A DNA stretch of 49,142 nucleotides, from assembly GCA_035696485.1 (NCBI GenBank), contig DASRQT010000158.1:1-49142 (forward strand), in the 5' to 3' direction. How positions within the stretch are numbered: the stretch's first letter is position 1; the number at the start of each line of letters is the position of its first letter. A program made the position numbers and the translations under genes. The notes under the pieces are model-generated. The model did not search any database, was not told where the DNA came from, and saw only the letters and a list, made by a program, of their open reading frames with translations. Of this stretch, positions 35,333-44,270 are shown one piece after another. The DNA is from Polyangia bacterium (GTDB taxonomy: Bacteria; Myxococcota_A; Polyangia; Fen-1088).

Positions 35333-38300
35333 ATGTTTCACCCGGTGGTCTCGGCGTGGTTGGCGCGCCGGTTCGCAGCCCCCACGCCGGCGCAGGCGCG
35401 GGCCTGGCCGCTGATCGCGGCGGGGCAAGACGTGCTGGTCACGGCGCCGACCGGGTCCGGGAAAACCCTGGCCGCGTTTCTGTCGTGCCTGGACCGATTG
35501 CTCGCAGAGGCGATCAGTCGCGACGGCGTGCTGGACGACAAGACCTCCATTCTGTACGTCTCGCCGCTGAAGGCGCTTTCCAACGACATACGACGCAACC
35601 TGGAAGAACCGCTGGCCGAGCTGCGCGATATCGCCGTCGAGCTGGGATTCGCTGCGCCGCCGATCCGTACCGCTGTCCGCACCGGTGACACCACCGCGCG
35701 CGAGCGGCGCGAGGCGGTGCGCCGACCGCCTCACGTCCTGGTCACCACGCCGGAGTCGCTGTACATCCTGCTGACCTCGGATTCGGGACGGCGCGCGCTG
35801 CGCGACGTGCGGACAGTGATCGTGGATGAGATCCACGCCGTTGCCGCCAGCAAGCGGGGTGCGCACCTGGCGCTGTCGCTGGAACGTCTGGAGGCGCTGG
35901 TGCAGCCGGCCAGGCTGCAGCGCATCGGCCTGTCGGCCACCGTGAACCCGTTGCGCGTGGCCGGGCAGCTGCTGTGCGGCGCGGGGCGGCCCGAGCCGGC
36001 GGTCGTCGACGTCGGCCAGCGCCGCGACCTCGACCTAGGTATCGAGGTGCCCAAGGACGAGCTGGGCGCGGTGTGCACCAACGAGCAGTGGGCGGAGATC
36101 TACGATCGCCTGGCCGACATGGCGCGCGCGCACAAATCGACCCTGGTGTTCGTGAACACGCGGCGGCTGGTGGAGCGGGTGGCGCACAAGCTGGGCGAGA
36201 GGCTGGGCGAGAACGTGGTCGCCGCCCACCACGGCAGCCTGTCGCGTGAACGGCGCTTCAAGGCCGAACGGCGCCTCAAGGACGGTGAGCTGAAGCTGGT
36301 GGTGGCTACCGCCTCGCTGGAGCTGGGGATCGACGTCGGCGCGGTGGAGCTCTGCTGTCTGGTGGGGTCGCCACGCTCGATCGCGACCGGCCTGCAGCGC
36401 ATCGGACGGTCGGGACACACGATCGCCGCCACGCCCAAGGGGCGTTTGTTCCCGCTGACGCGCGACCAGCTGGTCGAATGCGCGGCGCTGGTGCGGGCAG
36501 CGCGGCGGGCGGAGATCGACGCCATCGCGCTGCGCGACGCGCCGCTGGATATTCTGGCGCAGCAGATCGTCGCCGCCTGCTCCTGCGAGGATTGGGACGA
36601 AGACGCGCTTTACAACCTGTGCTGCCGGGCGGCGCCGTACGCCGCGCTTCCGCGCGCGCAGTTCGACCAGGTCGTGGACATGCTGTCGGAGGGGATCGCG
36701 ACCAGCCGCGGGCGTTCGGGCGCCATGCTCCACCGCGACGCGGTGGCGCGCCGGCTGCGCGGGCGGCGGGGGGCGCGTCTGGGCGCGCTGACCTCGGGGG
36801 GCGCCATCCCGGACAACGCGAACTACGACGTCGTCCTGGAACCGGAGGGGACGTTGATCGGATCGCTGGACGAAGATTTCGCCATCGAGACCATGTCGGG
36901 CGACGTGATCCTGCTCGGGAACGCGTCGTGGCGGGTGCGGCGCGTGGAGGCGGGGCGAGTGCGGGTCGAGGACGCCGCCGGCGCGCCGCCCACCATCCCG
37001 TTCTGGCTGGGCGAGGGGCCGGCGCGCACGCGCGAGCTGTCGGCGGAGGTCGCCGCGCTGCGCGAGGAGGTTTGCGACGGCAAGACCGAATCGCTGATGG
37101 CGTCCTGCGCGCTGGACCAGCGCGGCGCCGAGTTGATGCGCGACTACCTGGCCGCGGGGCGGGCGGCGCTGGGCGCGATACCGACGCAGAAGTGCGTGAT
37201 CGCCGAGCGGTTCTTCGACGAGGGCGGCGGCATGCAGCTGGTCATCCACGCGCCGTTTGGTGGGCGCATCAACCGCGCCTGGGGCATGGCGCTGCGCAAG
37301 CGGTTCTGTCGCTCGTTCGATTTCGAATTGCAGGCGGCGGCCACCGACGACGGGCTGGTGCTGTCGCTGGGGGCGCAGCACAGCTTCCCGCTCGAGACCA
37401 TCTTCCAGATGTTGCGCTCCGAGGATGTTGACGAGCTGCTGACCCAGGCTGCGTTGCAAGCGCCGATGTTCGAGACGCGGTGGCGCTGGAACGCGATGCG
37501 ATCGCTGGCGCTGCTGCGGCACCAGGGCGGCCGCCGGGTGCCGCCGCAGATCCAGCGCATGCGGGCGCAAGATCTGATCGCGGCGGTGTTCCCGGCGCAG
37601 CTCGGCTGCCAGGACAACCACGGCGGCGGCCCCATCGTGCTGCCCGACCATCCGCTGGTCAACGAGACGGTGCGCGACTGCCTGACCGAAGCCATGGACG
37701 CGGCCGGACTGAAAGTGGTGCTGGACGACCTGCGCGCCGGCCGCATCCAGACCATCGCGCGCGATCTGCCGGAGCCGTCGGTGTTCTCGCATGAGATCCT
37801 GAACGCGAACCCGTACGCGTTCCTTGACGACGCTCCGCTGGAGGAACGGCGCACGCGCGCGGTGGCGGTGCGGCGCGGTCTGCCGGCGGACGTCGCCGAT
37901 CGGATCGGGGGCCTCGACCCCGAACGCATCGCCGAAGTGGTGGCGGAGGCGCAGCCCGACGTGCGCAACGCCGACGAGCTTCACGATCTGTTGCTGGACC
38001 TGGGAGCGCTGCCCGAGGAGCCCGCGCTCGCGTCGGATTGGCAACGGCTGTTCGAGGAGTTGAGCCTCGCCCAGCGCGCGACCCGCCTGGTTGCGGCGGA
38101 GGCGGGAGCATTCTGGATCGCCGCCGAACGCCGATCCCTGGCCACGACGATATGGCCCGAGCGTCTGCTGGCGCCTGCGATCACCGAGCCACCTGTGCGG
38201 CGGCCGCCGGCGTGGACCGATCGTGAGGGCGCCTTGACCGAGGTGGTGCGCGCGCATCTGGCGCTGCTGGGCCCGACGACGGCCGCGATCCTGGGCGCCC

Positions 38301-39577
38301 GTCTGGATGTCGCGGTGTCCGATGTCGACGCGGCGCTGGCGCGCGTCGAGATGGAGGGCGCGGTCCTGCGCGGGCGCTTCAACCCTGCCCTGCCGGAGGC
38401 CGTCCTGCAGTGGTGTGATCGACGGCTGCTGGCGCGGATCAACCGGCGGATGTTGGATGGCCTGCGGCGGGAGATCGAGCCGGCGACGACCGCGGAGTAC
38501 CTGCGGTTCCTGCTGTCGTGGCAGCACGTGCGGCCGGGGACGCAGCTGGCCGGCCGCACCGGTCTCGCGCAGGTGATCTCGCAACTGCAGGGGTGCGAGA
38601 TCGCCGCCGGCGCCTGGGAGCGGGAGATCCTGCCGGCGCGCGTGTCCGGCTACGAGCCCGCCTGGCTGGACGCCTTGTGTCTGTCCGGCGAGGTGGCGTG
38701 GGGTCGCATGGCGCCGCGTGAAGCAGCGGCCGCCCCCAGCCGCGCGGCGCCCATCGGCGTGGTGTGGCGGCGCGACCTGACCTGGCTGCTTACGCCGCCG
38801 CCGGCCGACGACGACACCAGCGGTCTGTCGCCGGTGGCGCAGGACGTGTTGCGGTTCTTGCGTACCACCGGCGCCAGCTTTCTCGACGAGATCATTGCCG
38901 GCGCTGGCCGGCTGCGCAGCGAGGTCGAGGACGGACTGTGGGAGCTGGTCAGCAGCGGCAGGGTCACCGGCGACGGTTTCGCCGGCCTGCGGGCGCTGAT
39001 CTCGGCGACGCAGACACGCGGGGGGGCGCGCGCGCGCTGGCACGCGAGGTGGACGCGCCGCAACGGCGGCCCCGTCGGCGCCGGCCGCTGGGCGCTGCTA
39101 CGTGCGGCCGGCACGCCCCCGGCCGACGACGAGCTTCACGAGGCGCTGGCGCGGCAATACATCAAGCGCTACGGCATCGTCTTCCGCGATGTCCTGGCCC
39201 GCGAGGCGCGCGCGCCCGCGTGGCGCGATCTCCTCAAGGTCTACCGCCGCCTGGAGATGCGCGGCGAGCTGCGCGGCGGCCGCCTGGTGGGGAGCTTCAT
39301 CGGCGAACAGTTCGCGGCGCCCGAGGCGCTGGAATCCCTGCGCGCCCTCCGCCGCGCACCACCCCGCGACGAACCCCAGCACAATCCCGAGATCATCCAG
39401 CTGTCCGCCTGCGACCCGCTCAACCTGGCCGGCATCCTGACCCCTGGCCCGCGCATCCCTGCCACCCTCGCCAACACCATCACCTTCCGCGACGGGCTGC
39501 CACTCCCCACCGAAGCCGCCCTGGAACCGTCCTGGCGCTCGCCGCCACCCAGCGCCGCCGGCGATCTCCGGATCTAG
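35333..39577 (+). CDS. lhr: Lhr-type large ATP-dependent DEAD/DEAH-box helicase
   Basis: The product begins MFHPVVSAWLARRFAAPTPAQARAWP. It has the Walker A motif TAPTGSGKT, the DEIH box VDEIHA, and SATV. The product is 1414 aa. The 127 aa upstream in the track ORF look non-coding. Confidence 0.9.
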   Translation: MFHPVVSAWLARRFAAPTPAQARAWPLIAAGQDVLVTAPTGSGKTLAAFLSCLDRLLAEAISRDGVLDDKTSILYVSPLKALSNDIRRNLEEPLAELRDIAVELGFAAPPIRTAVRTGDTTARERREAVRRPPHVLVTTPESLYILLTSDSGRRALRDVRTVIVDEIHAVAASKRGAHLALSLERLEALVQPARLQRIGLSATVNPLRVAGQLLCGAGRPEPAVVDVGQRRDLDLGIEVPKDELGAVCTNEQWAEIYDRLADMARAHKSTLVFVNTRRLVERVAHKLGERLGENVVAAHHGSLSRERRFKAERRLKDGELKLVVATASLELGIDVGAVELCCLVGSPRSIATGLQRIGRSGHTIAATPKGRLFPLTRDQLVECAALVRAARRAEIDAIALRDAPLDILAQQIVAACSCEDWDEDALYNLCCRAAPYAALPRAQFDQVVDMLSEGIATSRGRSGAMLHRDAVARRLRGRRGARLGALTSGGAIPDNANYDVVLEPEGTLIGSLDEDFAIETMSGDVILLGNASWRVRRVEAGRVRVEDAAGAPPTIPFWLGEGPARTRELSAEVAALREEVCDGKTESLMASCALDQRGAELMRDYLAAGRAALGAIPTQKCVIAERFFDEGGGMQLVIHAPFGGRINRAWGMALRKRFCRSFDFELQAAATDDGLVLSLGAQHSFPLETIFQMLRSEDVDELLTQAALQAPMFETRWRWNAMRSLALLRHQGGRRVPPQIQRMRAQDLIAAVFPAQLGCQDNHGGGPIVLPDHPLVNETVRDCLTEAMDAAGLKVVLDDLRAGRIQTIARDLPEPSVFSHEILNANPYAFLDDAPLEERRTRAVAVRRGLPADVADRIGGLDPERIAEVVAEAQPDVRNADELHDLLLDLGALPEEPALASDWQRLFEELSLAQRATRLVAAEAGAFWIAAERRSLATTIWPERLLAPAITEPPVRRPPAWTDREGALTEVVRAHLALLGPTTAAILGARLDVAVSDVDAALARVEMEGAVLRGRFNPALPEAVLQWCDRRLLARINRRMLDGLRREIEPATTAEYLRFLLSWQHVRPGTQLAGRTGLAQVISQLQGCEIAAGAWEREILPARVSGYEPAWLDALCLSGEVAWGRMAPREAAAAPSRAAPIGVVWRRDLTWLLTPPPADDDTSGLSPVAQDVLRFLRTTGASFLDEIIAGAGRLRSEVEDGLWELVSSGRVTGDGFAGLRALISATQTRGGARARWHARWTRRNGGPVGAGRWALLRAAGTPPADDELHEALARQYIKRYGIVFRDVLAREARAPAWRDLLKVYRRLEMRGELRGGRLVGSFIGEQFAAPEALESLRALRRAPPRDEPQHNPEIIQLSACDPLNLAGILTPGPRIPATLANTITFRDGLPLPTEAALEPSWRSPPPSAAGDLRI

Positions 39578-39590
39578 GCAGAGGCGCCGG

Positions 39591-40718
39591 CTAACTTTCG
39601 TCTTTGATCCCGTGCATGAGGCGGGCCTTGACGCGGGCGAACTGGCGCTCCTTGTATTTTTCGTGGCTGTTGTCGCCGGCCTCGTTCAGCTCGGCGGTGC
39701 GGGCGTCGATGATCTGGAACTCGGTCAAAACGAACACGATGGTTCCGTTCTCGACGAACAGCGGATCGTCGGGCGCGCGGCACAAAAACTTGTCCATGCG
39801 GACCGGCAGGTCGGCGACGAAGTTGATCACGCGGTAGCCGGGACCGGAGAACTCGTTCTGCGGCGCCGGGCGTTTGTCGCCGGCCACCGCCGCCAGATCG
39901 GTCAGCTCCGGCAAAAACTTGGCCAGCGCCGGTGACGCCTCCAGCGTCTCACGCAGCTTGATGACGTCGTTGACCGACTGACCGGGGATCACGTAGTTGA
40001 ACGGAACCAGCCGCTGCGCGACCTCGCGCAACACGAACAGCAGCTGTTCCTCCGAGTTGGTGATCATGCGAAAGCGCAGCTTGTCGTAGACGTCGGCGGC
40101 GATCGATTCCTTCTTGGCCAGCAGCTTGGTGATGAGGCTGTCGGAGTGTTTGCGGCTCCACTCGAACTCGACCACCTGGCAGCCGACGCTCTTGAGCTCC
40201 TCGACAATGCGCAGCACCTTCTCCTCGACCAGGTGGAAGATCTGGTCGTCGGAGACCGGCAGCTTGGTCAGCAGCTCGCGTCCGGCCAGGTGATGCATGA
40301 CGTGCATGACCTTGAGCACGATGCACGCGTATGCCCGGCGCTTCCCCTTCTGCGATGCGATCAGCAAGAGATCGCGCGGCGGAACACCGTGCGCGACCTC
40401 GTCGGGGATGTGAAAACCGAGGTGGCGTTCCAGGTACTCGACGGCCAGCTCGCGCAGCGCGGCCAGCCGCAGCATGCCGTCCTCGTCGCGCGGGTCGAAC
40501 TCGTTCACGCGCAGGAATCGATCCACCTCCTCGCGGTCGTTGAAGTAGAGGCGATGCCAGTCGATGACCGATCCGCCGCGGAGCAGGTTCCGGATGGCCG
40601 TCAGATCGGCGAGCGTGAAGTCTTCGTACCGGACCTTACGCGGCGCGGCGCCGACCACCACCGGGGCCGCCACGCCCGGCGGAACGTCCTTATTGCTGGT
40701 GGTCGCTGGCCGTTCCAA
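39591..40718 (-). CDS. conserved hypothetical protein; possible divergent RelA/SpoT-like nucleotidyltransferase fold
   Basis: The composition is clearly coding-like. The order of motif-like segments is SRKHSDSLITKLLAKK, DVYDKLRFRMI, GPGYRVINFV, TEFQIIDARTAE, SHEKYKER. This resembles the RSH synthetase core (K..S..K, DxxGxR, GYRSLH, EVQIRT, HxxYK). The function is inference only. Confidence 0.7.
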   Translation of the reverse strand: MERPATTSNKDVPPGVAAPVVVGAAPRKVRYEDFTLADLTAIRNLLRGGSVIDWHRLYFNDREEVDRFLRVNEFDPRDEDGMLRLAALRELAVEYLERHLGFHIPDEVAHGVPPRDLLLIASQKGKRRAYACIVLKVMHVMHHLAGRELLTKLPVSDDQIFHLVEEKVLRIVEELKSVGCQVVEFEWSRKHSDSLITKLLAKKESIAADVYDKLRFRMITNSEEQLLFVLREVAQRLVPFNYVIPGQSVNDVIKLRETLEASPALAKFLPELTDLAAVAGDKRPAPQNEFSGPGYRVINFVADLPVRMDKFLCRAPDDPLFVENGTIVFVLTEFQIIDARTAELNEAGDNSHEKYKERQFARVKARLMHGIKDES

Positions 40719-40856
40719 AGAGCGGTGAGTCTAGGACCGCCGCGAGGCGAACGGCAAGGGAAGTCACGATCGCCTACACAGGCCTACAGAGCGCCTGGCC
40801 GTCAAGATTCGCGCGATGCGAGCGCTGGCGGTCGCGCTCGTCTACCATCGCGGGCC

Positions 40857-41576
40857 GTGTCGCGACTGTTCACCTATGCGCTCGTTATCATCCATCTGGT
40901 CCTTGCGGCGCGCGCGGCGGCGGAGGCCAGCCCGACCGCGCCTCCACCTGTCGCGCCACCTCCGTTGCCGACGGCGCCAGCAACGCCGCCGCCCTCTGCG
41001 CCGGTCACCCCCTCGCCGCCGGCCCCGACGGCGTCACCAGCGACGTCACGCGCACCGGCCGCGACTGTGCCGGTCAAGCCGCACCCGGGCGCAACCCTCT
41101 ATACGCAGGCGCAGGCATTGCGCGATCGCGGGCGGATAACGGAGGCGCTGACCCGGTTCGAGCAGGCGGTCGCGGCCGACCCGGATCTGATCGTCGCCCG
41201 CGCGGCGTGGGGCGAGCTGTTGTTGAAGATCGGCCGCGACGACCAGGCCATCCTGGTGCTGCGCGCGGCCGTCAAGCAAAACCCCAGCTATGCGCTGGCC
41301 TGGTACGAGCTGGGCTTCGCGTTGCGCGAGAAAAGACAGTTCGCCGAGGCGATCGACGCCTACCGATCGTACATCGCCCTGCGCCCCGACGATCCCGATC
41401 CGCACTATGGGCTGGGGATGGCGCTGCGCCGGGTCGGCCGCAACGCCGAGGCGCTGACGGCTTTTGCAACCTACGTGACCATGGAGACACGCCCCAGCGA
41501 GCAGCGGTGGGTCAAACGAGCCACCGCCGAGATCGACAGCCTCAAAGCGGGCATCACGCCCAAAGCGACGCCCTAA
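40857..41576 (+). CDS. secreted TPR-repeat protein with Pro-rich linker
   Basis: I place a GTG start at 40857, giving the signal peptide VSRLFTYALVIIHLVLAARAAAEA. A Pro/Ala-rich stretch follows, then about four TPR-like repeats (AWYELGFALREKRQFAEAIDAYRSYIALRPDD...). The track start at 40146 is antisense to the previous gene. Confidence 0.7.
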   Translation: MSRLFTYALVIIHLVLAARAAAEASPTAPPPVAPPPLPTAPATPPPSAPVTPSPPAPTASPATSRAPAATVPVKPHPGATLYTQAQALRDRGRITEALTRFEQAVAADPDLIVARAAWGELLLKIGRDDQAILVLRAAVKQNPSYALAWYELGFALREKRQFAEAIDAYRSYIALRPDDPDPHYGLGMALRRVGRNAEALTAFATYVTMETRPSEQRWVKRATAEIDSLKAGITPKATP

Positions 41577-41597
41577 GCGCCGCCCGCGGCCAGGTTG

Positions 41598-43277
41598 CTA
41601 TCGTCGCCGGCGCGGGCGGCCGGCGATCCAGGCCACCACCAGCAGCAGCGCAAACACCCCTGCGACGATGGCAGCGACCAGGGTCGCGCGCGGCTGCCCG
41701 CGGCCGTCGAACACGACCGCCATCGCACCCGCGGTTGCGCCCAGCATCCCCCACAATAGTTGCTGTCCGGCGTGGTAAATGAGGCGCGCGCTGTCGTCGA
41801 GGTTGCGCACCTTGACCTCCAGCTCGCCGCGCAGCGCGCGGTCCATGAACCGCTGCAGCTCGCCCGGCAGGGACAGCGCGGACAGCGCCATCTCGCGCGA
41901 GGACTCCAGCACCACCTCGGACCACTGCCGCTTTTCTCCCAGGAGAAACCTCTCCAGATAGGGCTCTATCACAACGGTCGGGTTCATCTCGGGATCCAGG
42001 GTCGTGCACACCCCCAGCAGCAAGAGCAGCGTCCGCTCGAGAAGAATCCACTCCTTGGGAATGTGAAACGCGTCCTTGAGGTCAGCCAGGCTGACGTTGA
42101 GGTCGCGCAGGTCCAGCAGGCTGGCCAGACTCTGCTCTGGCTTGAAGCTGAGGTCCTTGAGCGAGAATCCGTCCACCGACATCGATCCACGCATCTTCTC
42201 GTGGAAGTAGTGGACCACCCGATCGAACACCTCGGGATCGGCCCGCCGGGAGATGAACCCCATCTCCTTCATGGCCGAGACGATGCGGGTTGAATCGCGC
42301 GTCATCGCCCCCTGGAGGAAGGAGACCATGCCGCGGCGCATGGCCTCGGACACGCGCGCGGTGGCGCCGAAGTCCAGGAAGACGATGGTCGGCATCGCGT
42401 CCGGCGTCGCGGGCGGCTGCAGCAGCAGGTTTCCGGGGTGCGGGTCGGCGTGATAGAGGCCGTCGATGAAGATCTGCTGGCAGTAGGCGTCCACGCAGAT
42501 CTGCGCGGCCTTGCGCCGATCAATCTTCTGCGCCCCGAGGCCGTCGAGATCCCCGACCTTGGTCCCGTCCATCCACTCGAGCGTCAGCACGCGCGTGGTC
42601 GAAAACTCGGGGATGACGCGCGGGAAACGCACGTTGGCCCGCCCCACGAAGTTGGCGCTGATGCGCTGGATAGCGCCCGCCTCCAGCCGGTAATCCAGCT
42701 CGGCCAGCACCATTTCGCGGATCTCGCGGTAGATGGTGTCGAAGCCGTAGTCAGGCATGAACCAGCGCAGGATGGCGAAGATCCGTTTCAGCGCGCGCAG
42801 GTCGGTACGGACGATCTCCTCGATGTCGGGGTACTGCACCTTGACCGCCACGCGTTCGCCGGAGTGGAGGCGCGCGACGTGGACCTGGCCGATCGACGCC
42901 GACGCGACCGGCTCGGGCGAGAACTCGGCGAACACCTCGCCCGGCGCGCGCCCGCCAAACTCCTCGCGCAGGCGCGCTTCGATGTCGCGGTACGGGCGCG
43001 GCGGCACCTGGTCCTGCAACCGCTGCAGCTCTTCGCGAAAGGCGTCGGGCAGGAAGTTGGCCATGATGCTGATCAGCTGGCCAACCTTGATGAACAGGCC
43101 CCGCAGCCGGATGATCGCCGCTTCGATCCGGCGCGCGTTGATCTGATGTTTGGCCAGGGTGACGCGCGCCAGCCCGTCGGGAGTGCGGAAACGCCGCGAG
43201 ACCGCCAGCGTCACGTACGACAGGACGACCTGGGTGGTGACGAAGTAGGCGGTGATGAGTCGTAAGCTGCGGGCCAC
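41598..43277 (-). CDS. ABC1/UbiB (AarF) atypical kinase family protein with C-terminal TM segments
   Basis: Recognisable elements are LFIKVGQLISIMANFLPDAFREELQRLQDQVPP, ASIGQVHVARL...VAVKVQYP and HADPHPGNLL. I place a GTG start at 43277, because the track's longer ORF would overlap the plus-strand gene at 43317. Confidence 0.85.
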   Translation of the reverse strand: MARSLRLITAYFVTTQVVLSYVTLAVSRRFRTPDGLARVTLAKHQINARRIEAAIIRLRGLFIKVGQLISIMANFLPDAFREELQRLQDQVPPRPYRDIEARLREEFGGRAPGEVFAEFSPEPVASASIGQVHVARLHSGERVAVKVQYPDIEEIVRTDLRALKRIFAILRWFMPDYGFDTIYREIREMVLAELDYRLEAGAIQRISANFVGRANVRFPRVIPEFSTTRVLTLEWMDGTKVGDLDGLGAQKIDRRKAAQICVDAYCQQIFIDGLYHADPHPGNLLLQPPATPDAMPTIVFLDFGATARVSEAMRRGMVSFLQGAMTRDSTRIVSAMKEMGFISRRADPEVFDRVVHYFHEKMRGSMSVDGFSLKDLSFKPEQSLASLLDLRDLNVSLADLKDAFHIPKEWILLERTLLLLLGVCTTLDPEMNPTVVIEPYLERFLLGEKRQWSEVVLESSREMALSALSLPGELQRFMDRALRGELEVKVRNLDDSARLIYHAGQQLLWGMLGATAGAMAVVFDGRGQPRATLVAAIVAGVFALLLVVAWIAGRPRRRR

Positions 43278-43316
43278 GGCCTGGCGGAGAATAGCCCAGA
43301 GCGGTAACCTTCGCTC

Positions 43317-43739
43317 ATGGACGACGCGCGCAAGCCGGACGAGCCCGTGGCCGCGCAGGCGGCGCGACCGGAGGCGGTCCGCGTGGAAGGCAGCGGGCCG
43401 GTCACCGCCGGAACCCCGCCACCGATCCCGACGGCGGTCGACGATCGCGACGACGAGCCGCCCGAGCGACAGCCCGGCATCACCGACTTTGTCCGCCGCG
43501 CGGTGTCCGCCGGCGTGGGTGCCGCCAGCCGTTCCAAGGACGACATCATGCGCGTCGCCGCCAACGAGATGCGCACCTGGCTGGAGCACCTCGACGTCAA
43601 CAATGAGCTCATCAAGGCGCTGTCGAAGATGGTGATCGAGGTGAAGACCGAGATCCGGTTTCGCCCGACCGAGGACGGCAAGATCGTGCCGGAGGCGTCG
43701 AACGACGTGAAGATCAAGGGCCCGCCGCGCCAAGGCTGA
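43317..43739 (+). CDS. hypothetical protein (140 aa, acidic/Pro-rich N-terminus, conserved-looking C-terminal half)
   Basis: G/C third-position bias is strong across the whole ORF. It is divergent from the UbiB-like gene. Confidence 0.65.
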   Translation: MDDARKPDEPVAAQAARPEAVRVEGSGPVTAGTPPPIPTAVDDRDDEPPERQPGITDFVRRAVSAGVGAASRSKDDIMRVAANEMRTWLEHLDVNNELIKALSKMVIEVKTEIRFRPTEDGKIVPEASNDVKIKGPPRQG

Positions 43740-43811
43740 GCCGGGGTTGCCAAGGCCAAGCTGATGGTCAAGTTCTCTCCCGGCACGCAAATGTGCTCAG
43801 GAGAACAACCG

Positions 43812-44207
43812 ATGACCTCAACCATGATCAGAACCGCGGTAGTCAGCGCTGCCCTCGCCTTGGCCCCGGGATACGTCCTGGCCGAGAGCCCGGCGAAGTC
43901 GGCCGGGAACGCCATGGAGCGCAAGGGGAACGCCGAAGAGAAGGCGGCCAATGCGGAGAAGGCGCGCGGCAAGCAGCTGGAACAAAAGGGCGACGCAGTC
44001 GAGGATGCCGGCGACAAGGCCGACAACAAGGCCCAGGAGAACCGCGGCAAGCGGATCAAAGCCAAGGGCAAGGCGATGCAAAAATCCGCCGAAGCCCGCC
44101 AGGACGCCGCCGAGACCATGGAGAAATCCGGCAACAAGGTCGAGAAGGCCGGCACCGAAGCCGACAAAGACGTGAAAAAAGCAAAGGACGAAGCGGCCAA
44201 GCCGTAG
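43812..44207 (+). CDS. secreted Lys/Ala/Glu-rich repeat protein (CsbD/LEA-like low-complexity)
   Basis: AGGAGA lies 8 nt upstream of the ATG at 43812. The signal peptide is MTSTMIRTAVVSAALALAPGYVLA. Repeated K-x-x-EKAG/KAxxK units follow. Confidence 0.7.
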   Translation: MTSTMIRTAVVSAALALAPGYVLAESPAKSAGNAMERKGNAEEKAANAEKARGKQLEQKGDAVEDAGDKADNKAQENRGKRIKAKGKAMQKSAEARQDAAETMEKSGNKVEKAGTEADKDVKKAKDEAAKP

Positions 44208-44270
44208 CCGCCTCGGTCGCCGCGGTGCCTGAGGCGGCCTCGCTTCAGGTCGCCGCGGCCCTTGCCACCT

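Noticed and set aside
36035-39043. 1002-aa minus-strand ORF, the longest in that region after lhr
   Set aside because: It lies entirely antisense to the Lhr helicase gene. Its composition is extremely Arg/Gln/His/Pro-rich with no motifs, which is the typical shadow ORF of a high-GC gene.
40146-40856. Track start of the TPR protein ORF (476 aa)
   Set aside because: The first 237 codons are antisense to the 39591..40718 gene and then cross the intergenic region. The signal peptide begins at the GTG at 40857.
43278-43790. Upstream extension of the UbiB-like ORF (track start 43790)
   Set aside because: It would overlap almost all of the well-supported plus-strand gene at 43317..43739. The UbiB homology starts only after the GTG at 43277.
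44207-44238. Hairpin GCCGCCTC-N16-GAGGCGGC between convergent genes, considered as a bidirectional terminator
   Set aside because: It has a large loop and no flanking T or A tract. In a genome this GC-rich the stem could arise by chance. It is too weak to annotate.
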